Part shown: piece after piece, positions 35,600 through 48,020 of the stretch
How the letters are laid out: the number at the start of each line of letters is the position of its first letter
Numbering within the stretch: the first letter of the stretch is position 1
From: Mobula hypostoma
Lineage: Eukaryota
Assembly: GCF_963921235.1 (NCBI RefSeq)
Contig: NC_086108.1
Location: forward strand, 93,994,001-94,058,000
Reading direction: 5' to 3'
Length of the DNA: 64,000 nt
Notes under the pieces: model-generated
The model's database searches: none
Told to the model about the DNA's origin: nothing
Seen by the model: only the letters and a program-made list of their open reading frames with translations
Program-made: the position numbers and the translations under genes

Positions 35600-38500
35600 G
35601 AGAGAGTTGTTAATAGTTTTTCTAATCATACATTGGAATGGTAGAGGCCTGTTAGCTGATGGTCAGGAGTTCAAGAAATTTATTGAAGATTTACCCAAAA
35701 AAAGTGATGTTATATCTGTACAGGAAACCGGGTTGAAATCTTGTTCAAGTTTAAGGTACAATGTTATAATGATACAAGATATGATTCGAAAATGAGTGAT
35801 GGAGAAGTAGTGGCTACCTTTGTCAAAAATGATGTAAGTACATAGAATTTTGGAGATTGAGGTTGTTTATGAATTAATGTGGTTGAAATTTGGGGGAAAT
35901 CAGTAAAAGTACAGATAATAAATTTTTATAACCCATGTGAAAGGTTAACACTGGATGTATTGGAAAGTGTGGGTGGAAATGGGAAAAATAAGGTATATAG
36001 TATAGGGATTTTAATGCTCATAGTACTATAAGACCATAAAATATAGGAGCAGAATTAGCCCTTTTGGCCCATCAAATCTGCACCCATTTCACAATGGCTG
36101 ATCCAATTTTCCACTCAGCCCCAATGTCCTACCTTCTCCTCATATCCCTTCATGCCCTGACCAATCAAGAATCTATCAACCTCTGCCATAAATATACACG
36201 AAGACTTTGCTTCCACAACTGCCAGTGACAATGAACTCTCTGGCTAAAGAATTCCTCTTCCTCTTCATCTTCATTCTGAAAGGATACTCCTCTATTCTGA
36301 GGTTGTGTCCTCTGGTCTTTGACTCTCCCACCATAGGAAACATCCTCTTCGCATCCACTCTGTCAAGGCCTTTCACTATTCAATAGGTTTCAACGAGGTC
36401 ACCCCTCATTCTTCTGAATTCTAGTGAATACAGGCCCAGAGCCATCAAACGCTCTTCATATAACCAACCAATTCAATCCTGGAATCATTTTTGTGAACCT
36501 CCTTTGAACGCTCTCCAGTTTCAGCACATCCTTTCTAAGATAAGGGGCCCAAAACTGCTCACAATACTCCAATTGAGGCCTCACCAGTGCTTCATAAAGT
36601 CCCAACATTGCATCCTTGCTTTTATATTCTAGTCCTCTTGCCTTCCTCACCACCAACTTGCAAATTAACCTTTAGGAAATCCTGCACAAGACTCCAAAGT
36701 CTCTTTGCACCCACTTTTTGTATTTTCTCTCCATTTAGAAAATAGTCAACTCTTGCATTTCTTCTACCAAAGTGCACGATCATATACTTCCCAACACTGC
36801 ATTCCATCTGCCATTTATAGGCCCATTCTTCTAATCTATCTAAGTCCTTCTGTAGCTCCTCTACTTCCTCAAAACTACTTACCTCTGCACATATTGTCTG
36901 CAAACTTTGCAACAAAGCCATCAATTCCATCATCCAAATCACTGACGTATAAAGTAAAATGAATCGGTCCCAAAACAGACCCCTGTGGAACACCACTAGT
37001 CACTGGCAGCCAACCAGAAAAGGGTTACTTTATTCCCACTCTTTGACAACCTGACAACCAGCCACTGCTTTATCCATGCTAGAATATTTCCTGTAATGCA
37101 ATGGACTTGTAGCTCGCAGCCTCGTGTATGGAACCTTGTTAAAGGCCTTCTGAAAATCCAAGTACACACCATCAACCAATTCTCCTTTGTCTATCCTGCT
37201 TGTTATTTCTTCAAAGAATTCCAACAGATTTGTCAGGAAAGATTTTCCCTTGAGGAAACCATGCTGACTATGGCCTATTTTATCATGTGCCTCCAATAAT
37301 CCTTAATAATTGACACCAACATCTTCCCAACCACTGAAGTCAGACTAACTGACCTATAGTTTCCTTTCCTTTGTCTCTCTCCCTTCTTGAAGAGTGGAGT
37401 GACATTTGCAATCTTCCAGTTTTCCAGAACCATTCCAGAATTTAGTGATTCTTAAAAGATTATTACTAATGCCTCCACTATTTCTTCAGCCATCTCTTTC
37501 AGAACCCTGGTGTGTACACCATCTGGTCCAGGTAACTTATCTACCTTCAGACCTTTTGTTTCAGAAGAAACTTCTCCCTAGTAATGGTAACTTTACACAC
37601 TTCATGACCCCTGACACCTGGAACTTTCACAGTGAATACTGATGCAAAATACTTATTCAGTTCAACCACCGTTTCATTGTCCCCTCTGACTAGCTCTTCA
37701 GAATAGTTTGCCAGCAATCTGATATCCAGTCTCCCCTCTCTTTTACACTTCATGTATCTGAAGAAACTTTTTAGTATCCTCTTTAATATTACTGGCTAGC
37801 TTACTTATGTATTCCATCTTTACCTTCTTAATGACTTTTTAGTTGCCTTCTGTAAGTTTTGAAAAGTTTCCCAAGAGTCTAACTCCCCACTAATTTTTGC
37901 TCTGTTATATACCCTCCCTTTGGCTTTTATGTTGGACTTGACTTCTCTTGAAGGAGTGGAATAAAGCTTTAAGGGAAGTTTCATACACATAAAAGATATT
38001 AAGCTATAGTTAGAAAAGCAGTGAGAAGAGCAAAGAAAATGCATTGGAAAATGTGGTGTGATACATTGGCAAAGAGATCTGGGGGGGGTTAATTTGAGGT
38101 ATGATACAGGAAATAGTTGGGGGGGGGGAGACAGAAAACTTGATGCATTACTGGTTATCGTGTGGAGAAGGTTGCAGTTTCTGACTCTGAAATAGTAGAA
38201 CTTTGGAAAGCAACCCTCAAATTGCCGAGGAAAAAAAAGAATGTTCTAGTTCCTGCCTGGATGTCAAATTGACATTGTCTGAACTTAAAAGGGCCCGTCA
38301 AATGTCACCCGGGAAAGATGATATTTGTTATAACATGTTTACATGGTTATCAGATTCAAAACTTATGTTAATTTTGAAATTCTTTAATGCAACATCAGTT
38401 GAAGGGCTACCTCCTGCTTCCTGAAAATTACAGTATTGAAACCTGGTGAGGATCAAACAGATCTTTCCAGTTCAAGACCTATTTCATTAACTTCACATGC

Positions 38501-38845
38501 AAGTACCATAATGCCACAAATGGTTATAGCAAGGGTTTCTTATTTTGTGGAAAGTAACAAAAAATTAGTTGTATACTAATCTGGATTTCGTAAAGCTGGA
38601 ATGACCATGGACTTGGTGTTAAGTTTGAAATTGGATAAGTGTGTAGCCCACTCCTTTTTAATATTTTGATTAATGAAATTTCCTTAAATGTTTGCTCAGA
38701 CATTTCCAAATTGTATATGTGGGTGATGGTGCAGTGTGGAAGAGAGACAGGAATATAAATTATATAGTTAGGAAAATGCAGGCAGTTATTAATGAAGTAG
38801 GGGCATGGGGTTGTCAGTGTAGATTTAAATTTTCTGTTGCAAAGA
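35600..38845 (+). mobile_element. Decayed I/Nimb-clade LINE ORF2, split by a CR1 insertion
   Basis: APE start IIHWNGRGLLADGQEFKKFI..DVISVQET (35.6 kb); RT SPGKDDICYNMF..RPISLTSH and SPLLFNILINE..DGAVWKR (38.2-38.8 kb). Confidence 0.78.
36030..37950 (-). mobile_element. CR1 LINE, ~1.9 kb 3' portion, frameshifted
   Basis: [62 protein letters not shown]; 3' tail at ~36030. Confidence 0.93.
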
Positions 38846-39410
38846 AACATAGAAACATAGTGAACCTACAGCACAATACAGGCCCTTCGGCCCATAATGC
38901 TGTGCCAAACATGTTCTTACTTTAGAAATTACCTAGGGTTACCCATAGCCCTCTATTTTTCTAAGCTCCATGTACCTATCCAGGAGTCTCTTAAAACACC
39001 CTATCGTATCCGCTTCCACCACTGTCGCCGGCAGCCCATTCCATGCACTCACCACTCTCTGTGTAAAAAACTTACCCCTGACATCTTCTCTGTACCTACT
39101 TCCAAGCACCTTAAAACTATGCCCTCTCGTGCTAGCCATTTCAGCCCTGGGAAAAAGCCTCTGACTATCCACATGCTCAATGCCTCTCATCATCTTATAC
39201 ATCTCTATCAGGTCACCTCTCATCCTCCGCCGCTCCAAGGAGAAAAGGCCGAGTTCACTCAACCTATTCTCATAAGGCATGCTCCTCAATCCAGTCAACA
39301 TCCTTGTAAATCTCCTCTGCACCCTTTCTATGGTTTCCACATCGTTCCTGTAGTGAGGCGACTAGAACTGAGCACAGTACTCCAAGTGGGGTCTGACCAG
39401 GGTTCTATAT
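38845..39410 (-). mobile_element. CR1 LINE 3' fragment with 5' fold-back
   Basis: IERVQRRFTRML...FSLERRRMRGDLIE...FFTQRVVSAWNGLP; (TTTCTATG)n tail. Confidence 0.92.
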
Positions 39411-39829
39411 AGCTGTACAATTATAGGACCCTGGTCAGACCCCACTGCCAAGACTGATATCTCAATGCCAAGGAATTTAAAGCTACTAACCCTCTTCACT
39501 TCCTATCCACTGATGAAGACCTGACTTCTCCTTTCAGTAGTCAATAATCAGTTCTTTGGTTTTGCTGTGGTTGAGTGAGGGTGTTGTGAGATAGATTTTC
39601 AATCTCCCTCCTATATGCCAATTCACCACTACCTTTGACTGTCATAACGTCGGCTATACTCACCCTCCCCCCCCCCCCCGCCCGATGCATACCACCGCTC
39701 TCCTCTAATCCTATCAATGAATTCAGAGTCACTTTCCCCTGTCATAGGCCTCTGCACCAGCAACCAACTGACCTATCTTGGCAGTTCCTAACAATACTCA
39801 TTTCCAGTAAAGCGCCCCTCAAGCCTCCT

Positions 39830-41300
39830 GGGAGTCGCCAATTAATCCCTAATACCCCTTGGGGGTTGGCGTGCGGGAGCTGCTGGATACAGCATTAATC
39901 CTCAATCCCTCAAATGGGATTTAAGAGTGGACGCGTTTGGGACGTTTTACGGGGTTAGGGCGTCACGCAAGTACAAGTTGTTGTTGACGGACACTTTTTT
40001 TAAGGAGCATTCTGGATCTGGCGGGCTAAGCGTCCATGGTGCGGAGCTCTGGGCAGTCACGCAGTTTCCATTTAATTTGCTGACTGCAGCAGTCACCGCG
40101 GCTACGTGATAATTCTGCCCCCTCGTTAGAATGAAAGGAATGCGAAGTGCCGTGAAACAATTTACTCAATTCCAGTGAAAGTTATTACTGGAGGTTTTTG
40201 ATAGAGAGAGGAAAAAAATTGCCCGAGTTAGTGGAATGATTGCGAGTAACCAGCTGCTGACAGGATGTAGCAGTGACTGGTAATTAGGCGGATCCTAGGT
40301 GTGACCGCGGGCGGCGGGGGATGTGCACAGCTTCGCTGTTTGTGTGTCACTTCGTAACGCGAGGCCGCATCCTGGCAACTCCACTCTGTTCAGCCCAGGA
40401 CCGGCAGCTGTCTGCGGTCCCAGTGCCGATCACCTAGGGAGAGGTGAACCACCGCTCACTGAGGTCCGGGGAAGTTTACCGCGGGTTATCTCCTCGAACT
40501 GATGCCCGGACGGCTCCTTGAGTGCAGGTGTTCTCACTGAGGTAAGGTTCGGCGTTCTTGCTCCAGCGGAATGTGGGAAACCTTTCCCCGAATTTGTTCT
40601 GAATAATAAATTGGGCATTAATAGGCTGGGTTAGCTTGGCGAGTTCCCTGGGCAGCGGTGAGCACTGGAGCTTTGCCCTGGGGAATCTGGCTTCCAGGTA
40701 TTGATGAGACTCAGATATGGTTAACAACCGGGGGTTCTGTGTCACATACCCCAATATAGAACAGTGCCGGCCGTTCGGCCCACCATGTTGTACCGACCTA
40801 GATAAACCAACTAACCTTTCCCTCCTACACAGCCCGTAGCCCTTCATTTACTCACGCACACAGTTTCCTAAATTGACCTATTATACCGTATCTGCCTCTG
40901 GCAGTGCATTCCACCCACCCGCCGCTCTCTGGGTTTAGAAAAGAACCTACCGCTGTCATCGCCCCTAAACTTTCGCCCATTCGTCAGAAACCGATGGCCT
41001 CTGGTGTTGGCCATCGCTGCCCCCGGAAAAGGCGCTGGACTGTCCACTTTATGCCTCTCGTTATCTTAAACACCCCGTCAAGTCGCCTCGCATCCTCTCG
41101 GTCGCTTCAATGAGGGAAGCCCAAACTCGGTCAACCTTTCAAAGGTACGTTCCTTAGTCTACGCGCTCTCCTGACTAGGAGCTACCGTGACGGTTGGCTA
41201 AGGAAGGTGCACCCCTGTTCAAAGTAAATTTACTATCAAAGTACCTGTATGTCACCATATATTACCCTGTGATTCTTCTCTTGCGGGCGTTCGCAATTAC
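39830..41300. promoter_or_regulatory. CpG island, probable promoter of an unidentified host gene
   Basis: Visibly high CpG density against a CpG-poor background; unique sequence 39.8-40.75 kb; GC-box-like ccgcgggcggcggggg at ~40305-40320. Confidence 0.7.
40300..40541 (+). other. Candidate non-coding first exon (start approximate)
   Basis: Strong donor GAG|GTAAGG (intron from 40542) inside the CpG island; ATGs at 40321 and 40502 hit stops before the donor. Confidence 0.45.
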
Positions 41301-43713
41301 TGCGAAGCAACACGATCAAAGGAAAAATTACTCACAAAGACAAACGACCAATGTGCAAAGTACAATCAAATGAAAAAAAAATAATAATAAAGTAATAAAT
41401 AATATTGAGAACATGAGCTGTAGGCTCATTGAAAGCGGGTCCATAGGTTGCAGAATCAGTTAGGACGTTAGTGTTGGGGTGAGTGACGTTATCTTGTTCA
41501 GAAACCTGGTGGTTGAGGGGTAATAACTGTTCCTGAACCCGGTGGTGTGGGACCTGAGGCTCCTGTACCTCCTTCCTGATGGCAGCAGCACAAAGAGAGC
41601 CTGGCCCGGATGGCAGGGGTCCTTGATCATTGATGCTGCTTTCCTGTTAAAGCCCTTACAGGTAAAGCCTTCTCCACCATTTGAGAACCTAAAGTTTGGG
41701 GCGTTGGTAAATGTATGAGAGTGAAATAATGAAAGAAATTTCATATTAAATGGAGCCTCTCATATCTTTGAAGCTTCCCACAGCACTCTGTAGACAATAA
41801 ACTGCCCAATGCAGACAGAGTTATGGGGCTGAAAATTACACAGCAAGATTCCACAAGACAATTCGTCACATGGTAGTATATGGTGACATATATACACAGT
41901 ACTTTGATAATTGACTTTGATGTAATGTTATAAACTAATGGTTGTGTGTGCTGGAATCAGAAGGATCCTGAACCAGAATGTCTCTTTTCCATATCCTTCC
42001 ATAGTTGCTAACTGACCATCTCAGTTCCTCCAGCATCTTTATTTGTTAAACTAATGGCTGATCTGTTTGACTGCTGGTTCAGTGATGGTTTGCCAAGGAC
42101 TCGTGTTTTACTTTGAAAAGGAGGATGGGATTTGTTGTTCTGAGCTGCTACACTGGACCTGGGGTTAATGGTTGGTCTGATGGGTGGCTGTTCTGACAAT
42201 GTGGCATCCCCAGGGTTGTTTTGCGGTGCCCAGAGACCATGGCAGCACGTTGGCAGTGGTACATTGCGTGAAACACTAGAGGACAGCTGGCACTGTTCAG
42301 TATCTGCAGAAGAGGATGAATGGACAGAAAACTGGGCCAACCACACTTAGACTTCATTGGAAAGTATAACCAGGTGTGCTATAAAACTGGTTTCTATTGG
42401 CTGCAACCTAATGATGGAAGTGAATGTAACCTTACAAGAGTCATTGTCAAATCCAAAGAAAAATTTATTATCAAAGTACATATACTACCTTGAGATTCAT
42501 CTTCTTGCATTTACAGGAAAATAAAGAAATGGTATAGAATTTATGAAAAACTATACATAAAAAAGACTCATAAACAACCGATGTGGAAAAGAAGACAAAC
42601 TGCAAATAAAAAGAAATAATACTGAGAACGTAAAGTTGTAGAGTCCTTGAGAGTGAGTCCATAGGTTGTGGAGGCAGTTCAGTGTTGAGGTGAGTGAAGT
42701 TATCCATGCCAGTTCAAGAGCCTGATGGTTGTAGGATAATCTCTGAACCTGGTGGTGTGGGACTTGAGGCTCCCGTGCTTCCCGCCTGATGGCAGCAGCA
42801 AGAAGAGAGCGTGGCCTGGATGGTGGGGGTCCTTGATGATGGACCACATAAATGTGCTCAGCTGTGGGGAGGGCTTTCCCTGTGATGGACCGGGCTGTAT
42901 CCACCACTTCCTTTAGACCTCTCCAGACAAAGCTGTGGTGGAACATGGTAAGGTATAAAATGGTCAAGAATCATAATCAATCAAATTGTGAAGAATTCAC
43001 AATTATGAACTATATATTGGATTTGTTTGTTTTGCACTGTATAAATCTCCATTTTGTTGTTGGGTTCTTCTCTGTAGTTTCTTGTAGAAATGCATAAAAA
43101 GTCACAATCAGGTTTATTATCAGTGATAAATTCCATAAAGTTTGTTGTTTTGTGGTAGCAGTATTGTGCAAGAAAAAAATTCTGTAAGTTATAATAAATT
43201 GTGCAAAATATAAAGAGCAAAAGAATAGTAATCATAGATCATTCAGACATCTAATGGCAGAGGGGAAGGAGATGTTAAAAACATTGAGTTTGGGTCTTTG
43301 GACTCCTGTACCTCCTTTCTGATGGTAGTTTTTGAGAAGAGGGCATGTCTCAGGTTATGAGCATCCTTAATGATGGATGCCACTTTCTTCAGGCATGGCC
43401 TCTTTACAAGACTGTTAAAGACTAGACAAAGTAACCTCCAAACTTCTCCCAAAGCCACCATACAGATAACTGTGATTTCAAAATTAAAATGGGAATTGAC
43501 ATTATGCCACATTTGTCGAATGTAAAAAAAAATTGTGAATGCATTAAAAGACAGGGAACAAACCCTTTGTGTTCTGACTTTCTGATAAGTATTTAACTTC
43601 TGATAAAGAGTTTTGTTCTGTGTCTCTCTCAAATACAGGATATATCGTCACTGGAAATACAAACCATCCACTGTAATTTGTGACGGAATGTAATTCTTAA
43701 AGCTGTGAACATA

Positions 43714-44285
43714 TACTCAGTAGCTACTCTGTTAGAAACACCTGTACAGCTGCTCGTTAATGCAAATATTTAATCAGCCAATCATGTGGCAGCAACTCAA
43801 TGCATAAAAGCATGCAGACATGGTCAAGAGGTTCGGTTGTTCTTCTAGGCGAAACATCAGAATGGGGGAATAAATGTGATCTAAGCAACTTTGACCATGG
43901 AATGAGTGTTGGTGCCAGATGGGGTGGTTTGAGTATCTCAGAAACTGCTGATCTCCTGGGGTGTTCACACACAACAGTTTCTAGAATTTAAAGAGAATGG
44001 TGTGGGGGGGAAAAAAAGCAAAAAAAAAAATCCAGTGAGAGGGAGCTCTGAAAGCAAAAATGCCTTGTTATTGAGAGAGGTCAGAGGAGGATGGCCAGAC
44101 CGGTTCAAGATGGCAGGAAGGCAACAGTAACTCAAATTACCATGCTTAACAACAGTGGGGTGAAGATGAGCTCCTCTGAACACACATGTTGAGGTGGTTG
44201 CACTACAGCAGCAGAAGAACAGGAACATACATTCAGTGGCAACTTTATTAGGAACAGGAGGTACCTACTAAAATGGCACGGAGTG
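43714..44285 (+). mobile_element. Non-autonomous Tc1-like transposon, uninterrupted copy
   Basis: Degenerate TIRs with TA flanks; transposase N-terminus KCDLSNFDHGMSVGARWGGLSISETADLLGCSHTTVSRI. Confidence 0.85.
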
Positions 44286-45569
44286 TAGGTACAGAATGGA
44301 GAGGAATATGTAGATGGAAGATGGGGTTCTTGGCTTAAGATGCCGTTGGTTCTGGATATTCACTTTCTTCAGGTTTCGCCTCTCTGAGTTAACCCTTAAT
44401 AGGAACCTTTAGAATACAAAAGAACTCCGTTCCCTTTGAACAACCGTTTTAGTATTTGTACCCCTGTTCCCAGCAGAACTGTAACTTTTTTTTCTCTCTT
44501 TTAACCATCAGTCAAAATTATTCTGAAGTTAACGCTGAAACATTTTTCACCACCAATCCATCTATCTAAGGAGAGCGACACAGACCTAGGATTTCAGCAC
44601 CAGGACAACAGCTGGGCTTAGTTATGATTCTGGTCTCATATCTAATCTAAAACAGAGTTCAGATTAAAATGGTTACTTGCATGCCTATTTAGACCTTTCT
44701 GTTAACTGATGAGAATTAGAGCCTTTCCCACTCAGAAATCGTAGACTGTGCCAAAGGCAGTGAACATGATATGAAATTAGCTGTGTTTGTTACAGGATGT
44801 ATGGGGACATCAAATACCTTTCTTAATTCAAGGCATCGGTCATGGTTCAGTTAATAGAGCTATATCGTCAATACACATCCCACTGTAAAGAGTCAAGTAT
44901 TTAATTCATGCTGGTGCTTCATAGTGTAATCAAGAGTTAGCTTTATTAATATATACATTTACGTGTGTTCGGAGATTCATGTGGTGTGCTGATTCTACGT
45001 GCAAAAAAAAATAACAAAATTCAACAATTATACAGAATAAAGAATAGTTTAAAAAATAAAGTTAGAAATTCAGATATGAACATGGAAAGAATGTTTCCTA
45101 TAGTGTGGGAGTCTAGGACCAGAGGGCACATCCTCAGAATACAAGGATGTCCCTTTGGAACAGAAATGAGGAGGAACTTCTTTAACTAGAGGGTCATGAA
45201 TGGGTAGAATTCATCGCCACAGACAGCTGTGGAGGCCAAGTCATTGGGTAGATGTAAAGTGGAAGTTGCTAGGTTCTTGAGTAGTAAAGGCGACAAATGT
45301 TATGGGGAGAAGGCAAGAGAATGAGGTTGAGAAGGATAATAAGTCAGCCATGATGGAATGATGAGCAGCCCCAATGGGCTGAATGGCCTTGTTCTGCTCC
45401 TATACCTTATGGTCTAAAATATGCATAAATACCAGCATGTATTTACAGTGTAAATGTCGTTATATCAAATGGTTTAATGTGTTTACAGTGCACTGACTGA
45501 GGTAATAGAGGAGGTGGGGGGCTAACCAGCATGGTTAATGAGACTAACTGCCTAGGGAAGGAAATTACT

Positions 45570-45903
45570 GCTGAAGAAGATGTTTTTCAGTTGAAACATT
45601 AAAAGATAGTGCCACTTGCTCTCTCTCGGGTGGGTATCAAAGAGCCCTTGTTTGCTTTGAAAGGCAGGAGAGTTATCCACTGTATCCTAGCAAAGGGTAT
45701 CCACACTCCATCTCCCGAGAGGAGGGGGTTTCCCAACTTTTCTTGTACAAAGGACCGCTACCATTAACCGAGGAGCCCGTAGACCCCAGGTTAGGAACTC
45801 CTGCCCTATAGTCTGCAAAAGCTCGCCTTGAAAGTTGGCTGCTGTGTTTCCTATTTTACAGCAGGTATATTACAATTGCACTTTGAAAACTACTTTATTG
45901 GTG
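45570..45903 (+). mobile_element. Ancient DeuSINE (SacSINE1/AmnSINE-type) Deu-domain relic with a hAT MITE inserted at 45722-45803
   Basis: ttgaaacattaaa...ctctctcgggtgggtatcaaagagccc...gcaggagagttatcc and aagttggctgctgtgtttccta...actttgaaaactactttattgg; MITE ends aggggg.ttcccaac/gttaggaactcctg with a 6/8 matching TSD. Confidence 0.6.
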
Positions 45904-46424
45904 CCCTGCTGAGCAATGTTTGACTGATGTACAGTGGGGATTAACTGTATGAAGCTGCACTCTTGAGTAATAGGGGACACTTTCTTTATTGGGAATTTAA
46001 ACTGCATTAGGACTTTCTGGCAAAAGGAGAGAGGCTGCGCAAGTACAGGCTCCCTCTCGCTTAATCACTGTAGGAGGTTCTTTAGTGGATTAATGGGAAT
46101 ATTTGCTGCCAGTCTTTGGCCTGGAGGAGCATTACATCTAAGCCCTGGGATTGGAGCATTGCCATGCTGAACCATCAGAGGGGTGAAAGTGCCATTCTTC
46201 AGCTCTGGCTGTACAATAGTTCACACACATTCACGTCCATGACCCTAGGATCACGCAAGTACTACAATGAGATTAAACAATGTCATTCTCAGGACTCCCT
46301 CTCCTTCTGCTTGGGGTCACAGTTGGGTCAGCTCTTAGGCTGGGATCCAAACGGAGAGCGCAGTGATAGTTGCTTTGTTGTTGATGTTGCATTACAGTCA
46401 AAGGAAAAGAAAATGGAACTGCTA

Positions 46425-47340
46425 GAAATCAAAAACAGAACCAAAATGCTGGAAATACTCAGCGGGTCAGGTCTCATCTGTGGGAAGAGGAACAGTCTAT
46501 GTTTTGGATTGGAGACCTTTTGTTAGACTGCAATGGAGACAAAGAAAAGCTTGCAGGGTGGGGGGAGAATGCCACAGGGTAAAACTGGGGCAACTATGGG
46601 GATAAACTGTTAAAAAGCTAATCTGGTCGCAGTTGCCATCGGGAAGGAGGGTACAGGAGCCTTAGGTCCCACACCACCAGGTTCAGGAACAGTTATTACC
46701 CATTAGACTCCTGAGCCAGTGGATAACTGCACTCACTCCAATGTTGAACTGATTCCAAAAGCTATGAACTCACTTTCAAGGACTCTACAGCTTGTGTTCT
46801 CAATATAATTTATTACTTATTTATTATTATTTTGTTTGTCCATTTTATATTTGCGCGATTTCTTGTCTTTTGTACATCCTTTGTCTGTCTGTGTTTAGTT
46901 TTTCACTGATTCTATTGCGTTTCATTGCACTTACTGTGAATGCCTGCAAGAAAATGAATCTCTGGATAGTATATGGTGACGTACTGTATATGTACTTTCA
47001 TAATCAATTTACTTCGAGCTTTAAGTAAATGGAAGCATTAAAGAGAGTGAGAACAAAGATAAAAGAAAATAAGGGAACTGTGAAATGCAGAAGAGAAGGA
47101 CAATTCCAGTAAATCATCCACCCCCAGAGAGAAATAAAACAAGCTGAGCTAGTATTAATATTGGATGACTGATACAGGGCCCAAGTTAACTGAAGTAGTA
47201 GAATTCAGTAGAGAGTCCAGAAATTGGCAATGTGCCCAGAAGGAAGATGGGGTGCTGTTCCTCATTCTTGTCTCACCATAACAGTGCAGAGTGGGGTGGA
47301 CAATTGAAATGGAAGGCAATGGGAAGTTCAGGGTCACCCC
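46425..47340 (-). mobile_element. Old Neptune-type Penelope 3' remnant (LINE-tail insertion ~46625-47025)
   Basis: EEQHPIFLLGTLPISGLSTEF on the minus strand near 47.2 kb, degenerate pseudo-LTR at ~46.43-46.53 kb. Confidence 0.65.
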
Positions 47341-48020
47341 TCTATATTGGACCAGAGGTGTTCCCCAATACGCGCACCCATTGGGTTTCACTAGTTCAGC
47401 ATTAGGCCAGAGCCGTTCCCTTTGTGAATCCTCCGTCTTCTTTCTTTCCCACTGACTGCCACCCTTATGGGACTTTCCCATTCAACCATAGGCAACACAA
47501 CAGCATCCTTTCAGCTCAAAATCAGGTTTATTATCATGGAGATATATCGGGAAATTTGTTGTTTTGTGGCGGTAGTATAGTGCAAGCCATAAAGAAATTA
47601 CTATGTTACAATCAATAAATAGTGTTAATGAAGAAGAGCAAGGCATGGCTTCATGGACTATTCAGACATCTGATGGCAGAGGGGAAGAGGCTAATCCAAA
47701 AATACTGAATGTGGGCTCCGGTACCTCCTCCCTGATGGTAATAACTAGAAGAGGGCATGTCCTGGATGGTAAGGGTCCTTAATGATGGATGGTGCCTCCC
47801 TGAGGCACCACCTCGAGGATGTCCTTGATGGTGGGGAAGGTTGGGGCCCGTGATGGAGCCAGCTGAGCCTGTAATCATCTGCAGCCTCTTTCGATCCCGT
47901 GCATTGGTGCCAGATGGTGATGCAAGGAGTATATCTGTTGAAATTCGCTGGACTCGTAGGCAACATGTCAGATCTCCTCAAACTCCCTTTCCACCATCCA
48001 GGGACACAAGATGGCCTTGC

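Noticed and set aside
40430..40618. Minus-strand 62-aa ORF as a coding first exon
   Set aside because: No recognisable protein and only a weak donor (AG|GTGATC); the + strand donor at 40542 is much closer to consensus. Not fully excluded.
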